From Alphaproteobacteria bacterium (GTDB lineage: Bacteria > Pseudomonadota > Alphaproteobacteria > Rs-D84), in contig JAFWZK010000014.1 in assembly GCA_017522445.1 (NCBI GenBank), positions 21,783 through 85,782 on the forward strand: 64,000 nt of DNA, written 5' to 3'. The notes beneath the pieces were generated by a model. The model had not been told where the DNA came from. It searched no databases and worked only from the letters and a program-made list of their open reading frames with translations. The first letter of the stretch is position 1. Every line of letters starts with the position of its first letter. Below, one piece after another: positions 38,213-47,330 of this stretch. The translations under genes were made by a program, and so were the position numbers.

Positions 38213-39781
38213 ATGGTTCAGTATATGGATAATAAAAACTCTGGTTTTAACATGTGGAATGCCAATCGTGCGGCGGCCCAGCCCAAGCGGTCACCATTAT
38301 CTGGTTTTTTATGGTGGACGGTTATATTTATTGCATGTTGGTGGGCGATTGGTGCGATAATGGGGCCCCGTCAAACGGTTGATGTGGCTGACACATCGGT
38401 TACAGAATTTGATTTATCTGCGGTACCTGTATCAAATTTTTCATCAGATTTACTCAGTATTTCTGTCCAGGGACTGCGGATATCCGACATTAATCTGTCT
38501 GAATACCAGTTAACACCCGATGGTACAGAAAATGTTGTATTATTTGGCGGCGATGGCAATTATATTGAATCTGGTTTGATTGCAACTGGCACGACATCGC
38601 CTGTGGCGGAAACCGTCTGGACAGATCAGGGCAACACATACACCTGGACGAATTCAGATGGTGTTGTATTCACCCGTTCTATAACGATTGACGGCTATGT
38701 GACAACTGTTTTAGACACGGTTCAGAACAATTCTGGGCATGACATATCTGTTGCACCATATGTACGAATTGTGCGTGCGAACGACATGAAGTCTGCATCT
38801 GGCGTATCGACTGGTGCGATTGCGTATGTCAATTCAGACACAGAACAAACTGCCTGGACGAAACTGGATAACCAGTCGTATGCCTATTCTACCACAAATG
38901 GTTTTGCGGGCTTTGCAGACCAGTACTGGGAAACAGTTGCATCCATATCATCACCTGACCAAACGATTCGGATAAAACGCAGTGGTGAAAATTATGTATC
39001 TGACACAGCGGCGGCGGCAACACCGATTGCAAATGACGGCACGGCAACATTTACCACCACTATATTCACCGGTCCGCGCGACCAAAGCATTCTGGACACA
39101 GTCGAATCGAAAATCCCGGGCATTTCCGAAACGATTGACTATGGGTGGTTTTGGTTTTTGGCACGTCCAATGTTGTGGTTATTAAATGCGATACATCACG
39201 TTGTGATGAACTATGGCGTTGCGATAATTATCATGACAATATTGTTGCGTTTATTGATGTGGCCATTGACACGCAAATCCTATGTATCGATGGCTGCGAT
39301 GCAGAAAATGCAGCCCGAAATGCAACGTATCCAGAAACTGTACGCAAACGACAAGATGCGCCTGCAGATGGAAATGATGAAACTGTATCAAACGCACAAG
39401 ACATCCCCAATGTCTGGGTGCTTGCCGATGTTGATTCAGATTCCGATATTCTTTGCATTGTACAAGGCCTTGTTGGTATCTGTTGCGATGCGTAACGCAC
39501 ACTTTTTATGGATATCAGATTTATCTGCGATGGACCCATACTTTATATTGCCTATAATGATGGGGTTGACCATGTATATTCAACAGCGTTTTCAGTCACC
39601 ATCGTCTGCGACTGGCACCGGCAATGATGCTGTTGCCCAGACACAAAGAATGATGCGTTGGATGCCGCTGTTATTTACAGTGATGTTTGCCTGGATGCCG
39701 GCGGGTTTGGTTTTATATTGGACGGTATCGAACATATTTGGCATTATCCAGATGCAGATAATTAAACGTCAGTCGAAATAA
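38213..39781 (+). CDS. yidC: Membrane protein insertase YidC
   Basis: Large periplasmic N-domain and the conserved C-terminal 5-TM core (...LLRLLMWPLTRKSYVSMAAMQKMQPEMQRIQKLY...GCLPMLIQIPIFFALYKAL...). Confidence 0.9.
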   Translation: MVQYMDNKNSGFNMWNANRAAAQPKRSPLSGFLWWTVIFIACWWAIGAIMGPRQTVDVADTSVTEFDLSAVPVSNFSSDLLSISVQGLRISDINLSEYQLTPDGTENVVLFGGDGNYIESGLIATGTTSPVAETVWTDQGNTYTWTNSDGVVFTRSITIDGYVTTVLDTVQNNSGHDISVAPYVRIVRANDMKSASGVSTGAIAYVNSDTEQTAWTKLDNQSYAYSTTNGFAGFADQYWETVASISSPDQTIRIKRSGENYVSDTAAAATPIANDGTATFTTTIFTGPRDQSILDTVESKIPGISETIDYGWFWFLARPMLWLLNAIHHVVMNYGVAIIIMTILLRLLMWPLTRKSYVSMAAMQKMQPEMQRIQKLYANDKMRLQMEMMKLYQTHKTSPMSGCLPMLIQIPIFFALYKALLVSVAMRNAHFLWISDLSAMDPYFILPIMMGLTMYIQQRFQSPSSATGTGNDAVAQTQRMMRWMPLLFTVMFAWMPAGLVLYWTVSNIFGIIQMQIIKRQSK

Positions 39782-39785
39782 AGAA

Positions 39786-39816
39786 AAGTTCCGCCCACAT
39801 TGGGCGGATTTTTTTA
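39786..39816. terminator. Bidirectional intrinsic terminator (ccgcccacattgggcgg)
   Basis: Hairpin flanked by A- and T-runs, lying between the convergent yidC and Stealth genes. Confidence 0.7.
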
Positions 39817-40803
39817 TATTTCGAATTGTGATTTATCTGGAAACTTTTTATTTAAAAATTCCCAGTTTTTTTGTCTGACCTTATCGGATGTATTTGCACT
39901 GTCGTTTATGCAGAACAGTGGTGGGTTTACGTGCTGCATTGCCCGTTCCGCATTTTCGCAATACAGTGGTGCGTTTTTGCATTCGTGATGATGTGTAATA
40001 TTATACAGAAAATGTCGTGCACGTTTAAAATGTCTGGCCCGTTTCAGTATTGCACGTCCGTGCACAAAGTCATACAGATTAAAAATCCATCGTTGCAGTT
40101 CCCAGTTTGTTCTGAATTTATTTCTGATTTGCATATCAAAGTGTTGCACCAGCAAAGGGTGATTTCTGCATTGTATCATCGAAGATTTGATATATGGGTC
40201 GATATTATGTGCAGGTGCCATTTGCAGTAATTTTTTTCCAAATATTTTATGCAATTTGTGTGCCGCCATCAGAATAGTTTTTCTGTAATCAGATTCAACC
40301 ATTTCCATTGCGTATCCGACATTGCTGATTTTTTTATTTTGTGTATACCATACAATTGCTCGTCCTTGTTTGTCATAAAAGAAATCTGGTGTCAGTGGTT
40401 TGTTAAAGAACATATCATCATTTGCCAACAAGAAATGTTCACTCAGGTTTGGTATATTCATGATACACATTTCAATTGCAACCGAATTGAACGTAGGCAG
40501 ACTGTCTGCCGGCATAATTTGTTCATGTGAAACAATTGTGATTTTTGGATTGTTTGTGTTCAGCCATTTTGGTATCTGGCCAAATCCTGTCACGATAAAG
40601 ATATGGTTTATCCAAGGTGCGTATTTTTCTGCACTTCGCAGGGCGAATTTTAATTCATCATTATCCCTCCATCGGGCATCCACGGTTGAGTCATGACAGA
40701 CGGCGACCTGTTTTTTTATTTTTTGCAGCCAGAAATTTTTTTCTGTTATCCAGTTTTTATCACTGCCATCAACCCACATATACACTAAATCAATTTTTTT
40801 CAT
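39814..40803 (-). CDS. Stealth-family hexose-1-phosphoryltransferase (CR1-CR3 motifs present)
   Basis: Trimmed to the internal start MKKIDLVYMWVDGSD, which is Stealth CR1. It also carries DNDELKFALRSAEKYAPWINHIFIVT (CR2) and FNSVAIEMCIMNIPNLSEHFLLANDDMFF (CR3). An AAAGGA ribosome-binding site precedes the start. The track's 5' extension would overlap leader C. Confidence 0.85.
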   Translation of the reverse strand: MKKIDLVYMWVDGSDKNWITEKNFWLQKIKKQVAVCHDSTVDARWRDNDELKFALRSAEKYAPWINHIFIVTGFGQIPKWLNTNNPKITIVSHEQIMPADSLPTFNSVAIEMCIMNIPNLSEHFLLANDDMFFNKPLTPDFFYDKQGRAIVWYTQNKKISNVGYAMEMVESDYRKTILMAAHKLHKIFGKKLLQMAPAHNIDPYIKSSMIQCRNHPLLVQHFDMQIRNKFRTNWELQRWIFNLYDFVHGRAILKRARHFKRARHFLYNITHHHECKNAPLYCENAERAMQHVNPPLFCINDSANTSDKVRQKNWEFLNKKFPDKSQFEI

Positions 40804-40828
40804 TTTTATGTCCTTTGATTTTGCCAAC

Positions 40829-40931
40829 AAAAAACCGTCAAAAATTGACGGCCGGGCATTTTCAAGGTCATAAATCCAAATGACTCTGTGGCTTTCGGGA
40901 ATCCCTGTTGTATAACCACAGATACCCGACC
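40829..40931 (-). promoter_or_regulatory. Conserved structured 5' leader, copy C
   Basis: On the minus strand the outer helix is GGUCGGG(40931-25) paired with CCCGGCC(40856-50), including one U-G wobble. The inner helix cugugg/ccacag encloses UAUACAACAGGG, a gggauuccc hairpin and AAAG. The terminator ccgucaa-uuu-uugacgg followed by U6 lies at 40851-40829, and the start codon is at 40803. Confidence 0.55.
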
Positions 40932-41057
40932 TCACATGGGGGTCAGGTTACATATCGACACGCATTGCGTGCCGTGGATTTATGGGTCTTGAAAACCCAG
41001 ACCTTTGATTATCAGGTCGATGGCATTATGCCCCAGAAAAATAAAATTTTCAACTGA

Positions 41058-41399
41058 TTAAATTGCCTTCAATTTTTTATACAGTTGCCACGGTGTTTGA
41101 ATCCATATATTTTTTAATCCGATTGCATGTTTGGCAAATTGTACACATGTCAGTGCCCTGGGGTGGGGCGGGATATCTTTGTATTTCCGGGGCAGTATTA
41201 AAAATTCCCAGCCAAATTTTTCCAGTATTTTAATATCCCGCAATTTTATTATTATTGGGACGATTTGGTTATATTTTACAAAATGCATCATGGTCGCTGT
41301 GTCTGCAGTTGGGACGATGATTGCCACGTGTTTAAAGTTTTTACACAGTAATTTCGGCAGTATCTTTGATGTTCTATTTGAAAATCCAATAATTATCAT
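41058..41399 (-). CDS. Hypothetical protein, possibly a permuted NlpC/P60 (LRAT-like) hydrolase
   Basis: 113 aa. A His-containing motif (KHVAIIV) precedes a Cys motif (TCVQFAKHA), the order seen in LRAT-like enzymes. The call is weak. Confidence 0.3.
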   Translation of the reverse strand: MIIIGFSNRTSKILPKLLCKNFKHVAIIVPTADTATMMHFVKYNQIVPIIIKLRDIKILEKFGWEFLILPRKYKDIPPHPRALTCVQFAKHAIGLKNIWIQTPWQLYKKLKAI

Positions 41400-41446
41400 A
41401 ATTCATCCTTTTTTCTGGAAAATCCCCCGTGTTATGGGGGATATAT

Positions 41447-41791
41447 TTATTCAATCCATCCGCGTTGTTTGGCTGCTGCCTCCAGTACGTTCATTGCGGT
41501 GTTCCATTGTGCTGCTGCACGATTTTCTGCCCAGATATATTGATGTGGTGCCCGTTTTTTATCACCAAACTTTTTCATAATTTCCAATTGTGTATCGGTC
41601 AATTTTCCGGCCAAATATAATTTGGTAATCAGTGTTTCTACATCTAATATTTCACATGGTCTGCGTGTTGGGTTTCCGCCACGGTTTATCAGTCTGTTTG
41701 CACGCATTTGTCTTGAGTATAAAAACCAGAACCATAATTGTTCAGCACTTTGAAATTTTTCATTTGATACAATTGGGTTTGTGTTTGTCAT
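41447..41791 (-). CDS. Hypothetical protein
   Basis: 114-aa basic protein directly downstream of virB10, with no motif I can recognise. Confidence 0.35.
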   Translation of the reverse strand: MTNTNPIVSNEKFQSAEQLWFWFLYSRQMRANRLINRGGNPTRRPCEILDVETLITKLYLAGKLTDTQLEIMKKFGDKKRAPHQYIWAENRAAAQWNTAMNVLEAAAKQRGWIE

Positions 41792-42077
41792 TTTCTTTCT
41801 CCTTTGGTTTTATGTTCATAATCAGATATATAGTCTAAGAAAAGATTCCTGTGAATAAGTACAACCGATGGTTGAAAATCGAATCAGAAAACAGATTCGG
41901 TTATGTGATTTAAAAAATAAAATCGAATCGGTGTATTTTGCTTTTTTTCTTGGCCTTATATCCGTGTGTTTTGTAATAAAAAATGCACCGTATGGTGCAT
42001 CATTTAATTAATGTCGGCGATTGACTGCGGAAATTGTTTAAATTTATTATTCCTTTGATTTTTTGTTATGTCACAGT

Positions 42078-42101
42078 TAAAAATCCCGCCATTTGGCGGG
42101 G
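42078..42101 (-). terminator. Intrinsic terminator after virB10 (tccccgccaaatggcggga followed by a U-run)
   Basis: Hairpin and T-run on the minus strand immediately 3' of the virB10 stop codon. Confidence 0.6.
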
Positions 42102-42106
42102 ATGTA

Positions 42107-44512
42107 CTATAATATTGGCGGGAAACAGTCACCACCACTTTCTGGGCAACAGTTAAACCCTTGTTCGCCCATATCGGTGTATATTTCGCCTGGACAGCAA
42201 CCATTTGCATCTGGTGGTGTGCCACCTTCGCACAGTATTTGTTCCTCGACTTCTTCGATTGCGGTCGTTGTGCCAGTGTCGTACGGGTTTTGTACGGCAC
42301 CATCTGTATTGTATTGTACCCCCAGTATTTCCTGGTTAAACTGTTGCGAGCCAACACCCCCCAGGTCTTCTATTTTTTGCTGATACTGTTGCTGTTGATC
42401 TTCGCGATAGATATCGTATTGCAACGCCTTTTTAGACTGATAATTCAAAGAATCACAATACATTTTCAGTGTACTATACGAATGCCCCCCGCATACATTA
42501 GTCTTGCCTGCACCCTGTCCGGTGCATTCGGATTTGACACGCCACAATCCTTGTTCGTCTTCTTCGCAGTATATACCTGTTGTGAACGAACGCGATTGCC
42601 CAACCCATGAATCATCTTGTGCGGCATACAGTTCCATGTCATCTGATGTGATTGTTCGTCTTTTATCGTTGCCAAATGGGGCGACTGCACACTTTTTATT
42701 TCCGTTTGGCCCATCTTTGGTGCCACAGGTAATTTGCAAATCCACGGGTGAATAGACGGTTATCCGTGTACCTGCTGCGATTGTAAATGGTGGGACGGTA
42801 TTGTCCATCATATCGACCATTAACTTTTGTGCGACCTGGTTCCATGCGGTTATAATTTCATTTTTCGCCAGTTCCGATGAACGCATTGTGCCGCTTTGCA
42901 CCACTGTATTGTTATCCAGGTCGATTTGATTCACAAACGCATCTGCAACCGGGTTAATCAGGTTGATTGCCGCCGGCACAAATGCGGTCAGCATAGGCAT
43001 AAAGAACTGTTCCAGATAGTCTGAACTGCCCCGTCCCGGTACACCAACGCGTCCCTGGGCATCTGCCGAATATGGGTCAGAGCCTGCTGGAAAATTAAAT
43101 TCCACACCATCTGGTCGAATAAACTGATACCATTTGATTTGCATACGTCCAATTGTCTTGTATGGTCCTGGGACTTCACCTGTAACATATCCCAACATCA
43201 GTGTTCCTGTTGGAATAACAATATTGCGTCCGTCATCAGAAAAAACATTTCTGTCGACTGTTGCACGAACCGGTACACCCAACTGCAGGGCAGGGATGTC
43301 TGCACGAATATCAGACACGATTGTTGCCGGGATTGGCTTATACTGACGTAAAACAAAACTGCGGTCGTACGGTGCGGTTGAAGTCACAGTATTTTGACCT
43401 GTGGTCCCAAATATAACACCCGTTTCGGGGGCAGTTTTTATAACACTGCCAAAACCACCATCTTCGGCCCCCAGTCGCATTGCGCCGTAACTGTCTGGTA
43501 ATTCATCCAGTTCCAATTGTTGTGCCCGATTTACCACTGCGATTGCAGGTGCATTGGATAATTCTGGCAACACGCCACCGCTGATTGCGGCGAACCCGAT
43601 ATGGTCTGCATCTGTTCCGATTTTTTTACCATTGTTATCGGTAATTATACCGTTATCTGGATTGTATGTTCCCGCGGGTTTGCTGCAGTTTGTATCGGCA
43701 AACGTATGGAAAAAGTACGCCCCGCCACTGGGTTTTATCCATCCGCTTTGCCGTCCCTGATTGTCAAAGGCCGCAAACGCAAAGTCCGAACAACCATCTG
43801 GTATTGTAAATGTACGTTCTGTCACGTTTTTTGTTATCACTGGTTCGACTATGACATCTGGTGCAATAGATTCTATTTCCCGTTTTATTTCTTCTTTGAC
43901 AGGGGTGTATGCGATTGGTTCGAACTCGGGCTCTGGCTGTTCTTGGATAACAGGTTCAACAATTTTAACGGTCTGGGGTTCTGCGGGTTTTTGTTCAATC
44001 TGTGGTGCGACCGCCCCCAGTGTAATGACGATTTTTGCAGTTTTTTTCATTGCATCCGTTTCGTCGGCGTCGTGCCAGTCGACAAATACCGGCAAATTTT
44101 TTGTTGTCATAACGGCTGTTGGTGCATAGTCCAAATACACACCACATGCCAGAGTGCTGTCTATTTTTTTAATTTGTTTACACGTGTCCCGCAATGTCAG
44201 CCCCGGCGTATTTTCATGCAGTCTGACATCAACAACATTGACAGGTGCGGTTGCAGAAATTTTAACTGTTTCTGATTTTTTTTGTCCAACCAGAGTATCT
44301 GCCCAGTTTATCATATCTGGTGAAATGACCAAATCGGTCGGTATGGCATCTGTTGCATCATCATCATTGTTGTTATTATCGCCCCCAATCAACAACACCA
44401 GCAAAATCAGCACCACGGTAAATGCGGCCGCCAACAACAACCACTGTACCCGTCTGGGGGTATTTTTACGCAAATCAAGAAATTGCTGTTTTATTTTACT
44501 CATGCTCTCCAC
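42107..44512 (-). CDS. virB10: Type IV secretion protein VirB10/TrbI with a long N-terminal region and a Cys-rich C-terminal extension
   Basis: N-terminal cytoplasmic segment and TM helix (WLLLAAAFTVVLILLVLLIGG), a Pro/Glu-rich linker, and a TrbI/VirB10 core (...VPVRATVDRNVFSDDGRNIVIPTGTLMLGY...GRVGVPG...). It is 801 aa. The last ~200 aa contain about a dozen Cys. Confidence 0.8.
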   Translation of the reverse strand: MESMSKIKQQFLDLRKNTPRRVQWLLLAAAFTVVLILLVLLIGGDNNNNDDDATDAIPTDLVISPDMINWADTLVGQKKSETVKISATAPVNVVDVRLHENTPGLTLRDTCKQIKKIDSTLACGVYLDYAPTAVMTTKNLPVFVDWHDADETDAMKKTAKIVITLGAVAPQIEQKPAEPQTVKIVEPVIQEQPEPEFEPIAYTPVKEEIKREIESIAPDVIVEPVITKNVTERTFTIPDGCSDFAFAAFDNQGRQSGWIKPSGGAYFFHTFADTNCSKPAGTYNPDNGIITDNNGKKIGTDADHIGFAAISGGVLPELSNAPAIAVVNRAQQLELDELPDSYGAMRLGAEDGGFGSVIKTAPETGVIFGTTGQNTVTSTAPYDRSFVLRQYKPIPATIVSDIRADIPALQLGVPVRATVDRNVFSDDGRNIVIPTGTLMLGYVTGEVPGPYKTIGRMQIKWYQFIRPDGVEFNFPAGSDPYSADAQGRVGVPGRGSSDYLEQFFMPMLTAFVPAAINLINPVADAFVNQIDLDNNTVVQSGTMRSSELAKNEIITAWNQVAQKLMVDMMDNTVPPFTIAAGTRITVYSPVDLQITCGTKDGPNGNKKCAVAPFGNDKRRTITSDDMELYAAQDDSWVGQSRSFTTGIYCEEDEQGLWRVKSECTGQGAGKTNVCGGHSYSTLKMYCDSLNYQSKKALQYDIYREDQQQQYQQKIEDLGGVGSQQFNQEILGVQYNTDGAVQNPYDTGTTTAIEEVEEQILCEGGTPPDANGCCPGEIYTDMGEQGFNCCPESGGDCFPPIL

Positions 44513-44536
44513 ACCCGTGTTATATTGTGTATAGAA

Positions 44537-46060
44537 TTATTGCATCCGAACAACACTGCAGCTGGTTCCGCTGAATCTCAGCAATTTATCACACAGTGTT
44601 TGTGCCGTGTCAATATCTGCGAATGGTCCGATTCTTAACCGGTATTGCCGTGCCGTCGACGATGTAGCCCCCAGTTCGCCAACCCCCTGTTCATCTACTG
44701 CAAAGAACACCATATCTTTATATGGGGTTAATAATCCTTGTCCGTCATCGCCGCTGAATTTGGCCATCAGTGTATTCCAGTATTCGTCCAGTGCGGCCAC
44801 AGATGTATCAGATTTCAGTTCCAACGCAACCCCAACCTGGTTACTGGCGATTAATGGTATGTTTGACTGTGGCAGATATGCCCCGGCTGTGTTTCGTTGC
44901 TGTGGCAGCATATTTACCACACTGCCCGACGACTGTGGCATGACCTGTGGAACTGTGAACCCGGCTGGCACATAGTATCCGGCCCCGGTTGTTGGATTAA
45001 CTGTCTGTGTATTTCCAACAAACATTGGTGTTCCGGTATAGTTTGTACCCATGCTCATTGCGGCCATGCTGTCCGTATATGCGATGTTGTTCAGTGATTG
45101 TCCCGACAGCATGCTTTGTGCAACATTTGCCTCGGCCAGTGCCATTACCGATGCGGTATCTGCGATTAAGAATGGTTTTTCACGTTTTTTGATACATACA
45201 ATTCTTTGTCCGCTGCGTAATACCATATCACCCACCGCCTCGACAATCAGCAGTCGTCCATCTTCGCCATCTGTGCGGAATCCAACGGGCGATTCACCAC
45301 CTTCGACCAACAGTGACACGACCGGTCGCTGTGTCATAGAAATAACCTTGTCGCCAAAGTCGATATATGTAAATATTCTGTCCCGCCATACGCGTTCTGG
45401 GGCGATGACATAGTCATCTGGGTTTGGTACAAAGATGTCCAAATCGAATCTGAATTCAGACGGGTCGATTTTCATTGACTTTATCCATCCATAGTCTTCG
45501 CCATCGGCACCAACGACACTGGTTGCAGGTGCGGCTTTTTTAAATATAGAACTGGCCCCACCTGATGTTGTGGTGTTTCCCATCACGGGCAGTGTGCCAT
45601 TTCCGTCCAGCATAATATCCACCTGCGAGTATGTGATTTCGCTGGAATTAGATGGTTCACTGCGTAAATAGAAAATGTATTTGTTCCCAGATTTTCCCGT
45701 CACAATCATATTGGTATCTGACCCCTGGTTATCACCTGCCGGGGAAATAAACATTGTACGTTCTCCCTGGGTTGCGTCTATGGTAAACAATCCCTGATTT
45801 CCAATGACCGCATCGGCAATTTGTTCACCGTTGGGCAGTGTAATCATGGTTACCATACCGTTTCTCAGTTTGACTGGCAGAACGGCCCCCGCCGACCATG
45901 TCAGCTGGGCATAACCTGGTTTTGTACTGCCGGCGGCCATATTAGCGGTTGGATTATCCCATGCATTTTGCACCCCATACACCTCGGCATAGGCGGGCAG
46001 ACTTAAAATCCCGACCAAACAGAACACGGATATATTTAACTTTGATAATTTTGCCAGCAT
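44537..46060 (-). CDS. virB9: Type IV secretion protein VirB9/TrbG with a C-terminal SPOR-like extension
   Basis: Signal peptide and VirB9 N- and C-domains (...RDRIFTYIDFGDKV...). It is 507 aa. An extra ~220 aa end in QYRLRIGPFADIDTAQTLCDKLLRFSGTSCSVVRM, which reads as a SPOR fold. Confidence 0.75.
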   Translation of the reverse strand: MLAKLSKLNISVFCLVGILSLPAYAEVYGVQNAWDNPTANMAAGSTKPGYAQLTWSAGAVLPVKLRNGMVTMITLPNGEQIADAVIGNQGLFTIDATQGERTMFISPAGDNQGSDTNMIVTGKSGNKYIFYLRSEPSNSSEITYSQVDIMLDGNGTLPVMGNTTTSGGASSIFKKAAPATSVVGADGEDYGWIKSMKIDPSEFRFDLDIFVPNPDDYVIAPERVWRDRIFTYIDFGDKVISMTQRPVVSLLVEGGESPVGFRTDGEDGRLLIVEAVGDMVLRSGQRIVCIKKREKPFLIADTASVMALAEANVAQSMLSGQSLNNIAYTDSMAAMSMGTNYTGTPMFVGNTQTVNPTTGAGYYVPAGFTVPQVMPQSSGSVVNMLPQQRNTAGAYLPQSNIPLIASNQVGVALELKSDTSVAALDEYWNTLMAKFSGDDGQGLLTPYKDMVFFAVDEQGVGELGATSSTARQYRLRIGPFADIDTAQTLCDKLLRFSGTSCSVVRMQ

Positions 46061-46101
46061 TGTACCATTCCTTCCGTTTTTTTTATTTATTTCATATCAT
46101 T

Positions 46102-46809
46102 TTATTCAGCCGCCAAAAATCCAGTATTTAACGGATCGCCATCGCCTTCGACGACTGTGTATTCCTGAACCCGCAGTCCCAATGGATTTTCAATTCTGTC
46201 GGTCCATTTTATTTGTGGGGACGGGTCAGTGGTTAACTTTATTTTGATTGTATAATCTTTTGGCCAGGTTCGTCCAGTATTATCTGCACAAAAGTATCTA
46301 AATTTTACCTGATACCTGTCTTCGCTGGCCAGATACAGTGGTGCACCTTCAAACACAACTGGACATGTAAAGTCAAAATCTGGCATTTCGCTCATCAGTG
46401 CGGTGAACATGGTCGTGTTTGCAAAGTCTGCATACACTTGGTCGGTTGACATGATGCGAACTTCGCCATTTTCGCTGTTCCATGTTTTGTGCATTGCTGT
46501 TGCGTTTGTAAAAACCTCGTTTCTCAGTCTGACGTATTCACGCACGAATGCACGTTTATACCGGTCCAGATTTGCATCACGTGGTTGCAGTTCGACCAGT
46601 TTTACATCTTGGTCGGCCCGCACAGTTGTTGTCAGAAAGAATATCTGGGGTTTATTCAGCGGGAACATTTTCGCCAGCGTTATGACTAAAACCCCCAACA
46701 CTACCAGTGCGGTTGCCATAACGAACGTCATCATTCTTGATATTAAAACTGGCGGTTCCAGGCGGTTTTTCACGCAATCTCTCCCTTTGATTAAAATGAT
46801 TGTAGACAA
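46102..46809 (-). CDS. virB8: Type IV secretion protein VirB8
   Basis: 235 aa with an N-terminal TM helix, a periplasmic NTF2-like domain and the conserved NPLG motif. Confidence 0.75.
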   Translation of the reverse strand: MSTIILIKGRDCVKNRLEPPVLISRMMTFVMATALVVLGVLVITLAKMFPLNKPQIFFLTTTVRADQDVKLVELQPRDANLDRYKRAFVREYVRLRNEVFTNATAMHKTWNSENGEVRIMSTDQVYADFANTTMFTALMSEMPDFDFTCPVVFEGAPLYLASEDRYQVKFRYFCADNTGRTWPKDYTIKIKLTTDPSPQIKWTDRIENPLGLRVQEYTVVEGDGDPLNTGFLAAE

Positions 46810-47011
46810 AAAACAGGGGCGGGTGCAAGAAAAAATTGCAAAAACAAAAATTAAAGTTTTTTATCCGGGTTTTATATTGAATTTTTTCTTGCACGAATTT
46901 GATGAAAATATTATAATAATTCCGCTTGATTTTTTGTAAAGGTGTGCTATCCTGTCGCAGACTATGGTTTGGTGCCCGGTACAATCCAAGTGGTTTGGCA
47001 CGGTTCATCAC

Positions 47012-47085
47012 AGGGGCATAGTTCAACGGTAGAATATCGGTCTCCAAAACCGCGGATGAGGGTTCGATTCCTTCTGCCCCTGCCA
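47012..47085 (+). tRNA. tRNA-Trp (anticodon CCA)
   Basis: Sequence AGGGGCAUAGUUCAACGGUAGAAUAUCGGUCUCCAAAACCGCGGAUGAGGGUUCGAUUCCUUCUGCCCCUGCCA folds as a cloverleaf. It is in the canonical position upstream of secE. Confidence 0.9.
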
Positions 47086-47126
47086 AATTGATAGTTATGG
47101 TAAAACGTATACGTAGGCGATTTTTT

Positions 47127-47306
47127 ATGAAGAAAATACTGGATTTTTTTAAGTCTGTTCGCAGTGAGTGGTTTAAAATTGTATGGCCGTCACGCGATAC
47201 GGTTATTCGTGCAACAATAATGATATTGGTGTTTTCTGGTGCTGCGGCGTTGTTCTTTTTTGTTGTGGACAGCATATTAAATGCAATAGTTGGTTGGATT
47301 TTCTAA
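47127..47306 (+). CDS. secE: Preprotein translocase subunit SecE
   Basis: Trimmed to MKKILDFFKSVRSEWFKIVWPSRDTVIRAT..., a single C-terminal TM helix. The 5' part of the track ORF overlaps tRNA-Trp. Confidence 0.85.
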   Translation: MKKILDFFKSVRSEWFKIVWPSRDTVIRATIMILVFSGAAALFFFVVDSILNAIVGWIF

Positions 47307-47330
47307 ATAAACGGACTAAGGGGAAGCTAG

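Noticed and set aside
40804-40935. 5' extension of the Stealth ORF (MRSGICGYTTG...)
   Set aside because: It would read through leader C and its U6 terminator. Stealth CR1 begins right after the internal Met at 40803, which has an AAAGGA ribosome-binding site.
40860-41040. Stand-alone ncRNA (SRP, 6S or RNase P) in the GC-rich spacer upstream of the Stealth gene
   Set aside because: I found no conserved motifs of those RNAs. The region is explained by leader copy C.
46652-47275. 207-aa minus-strand ORF
   Set aside because: It spans tRNA-Trp and is antisense to secE, so it is a spurious open frame.
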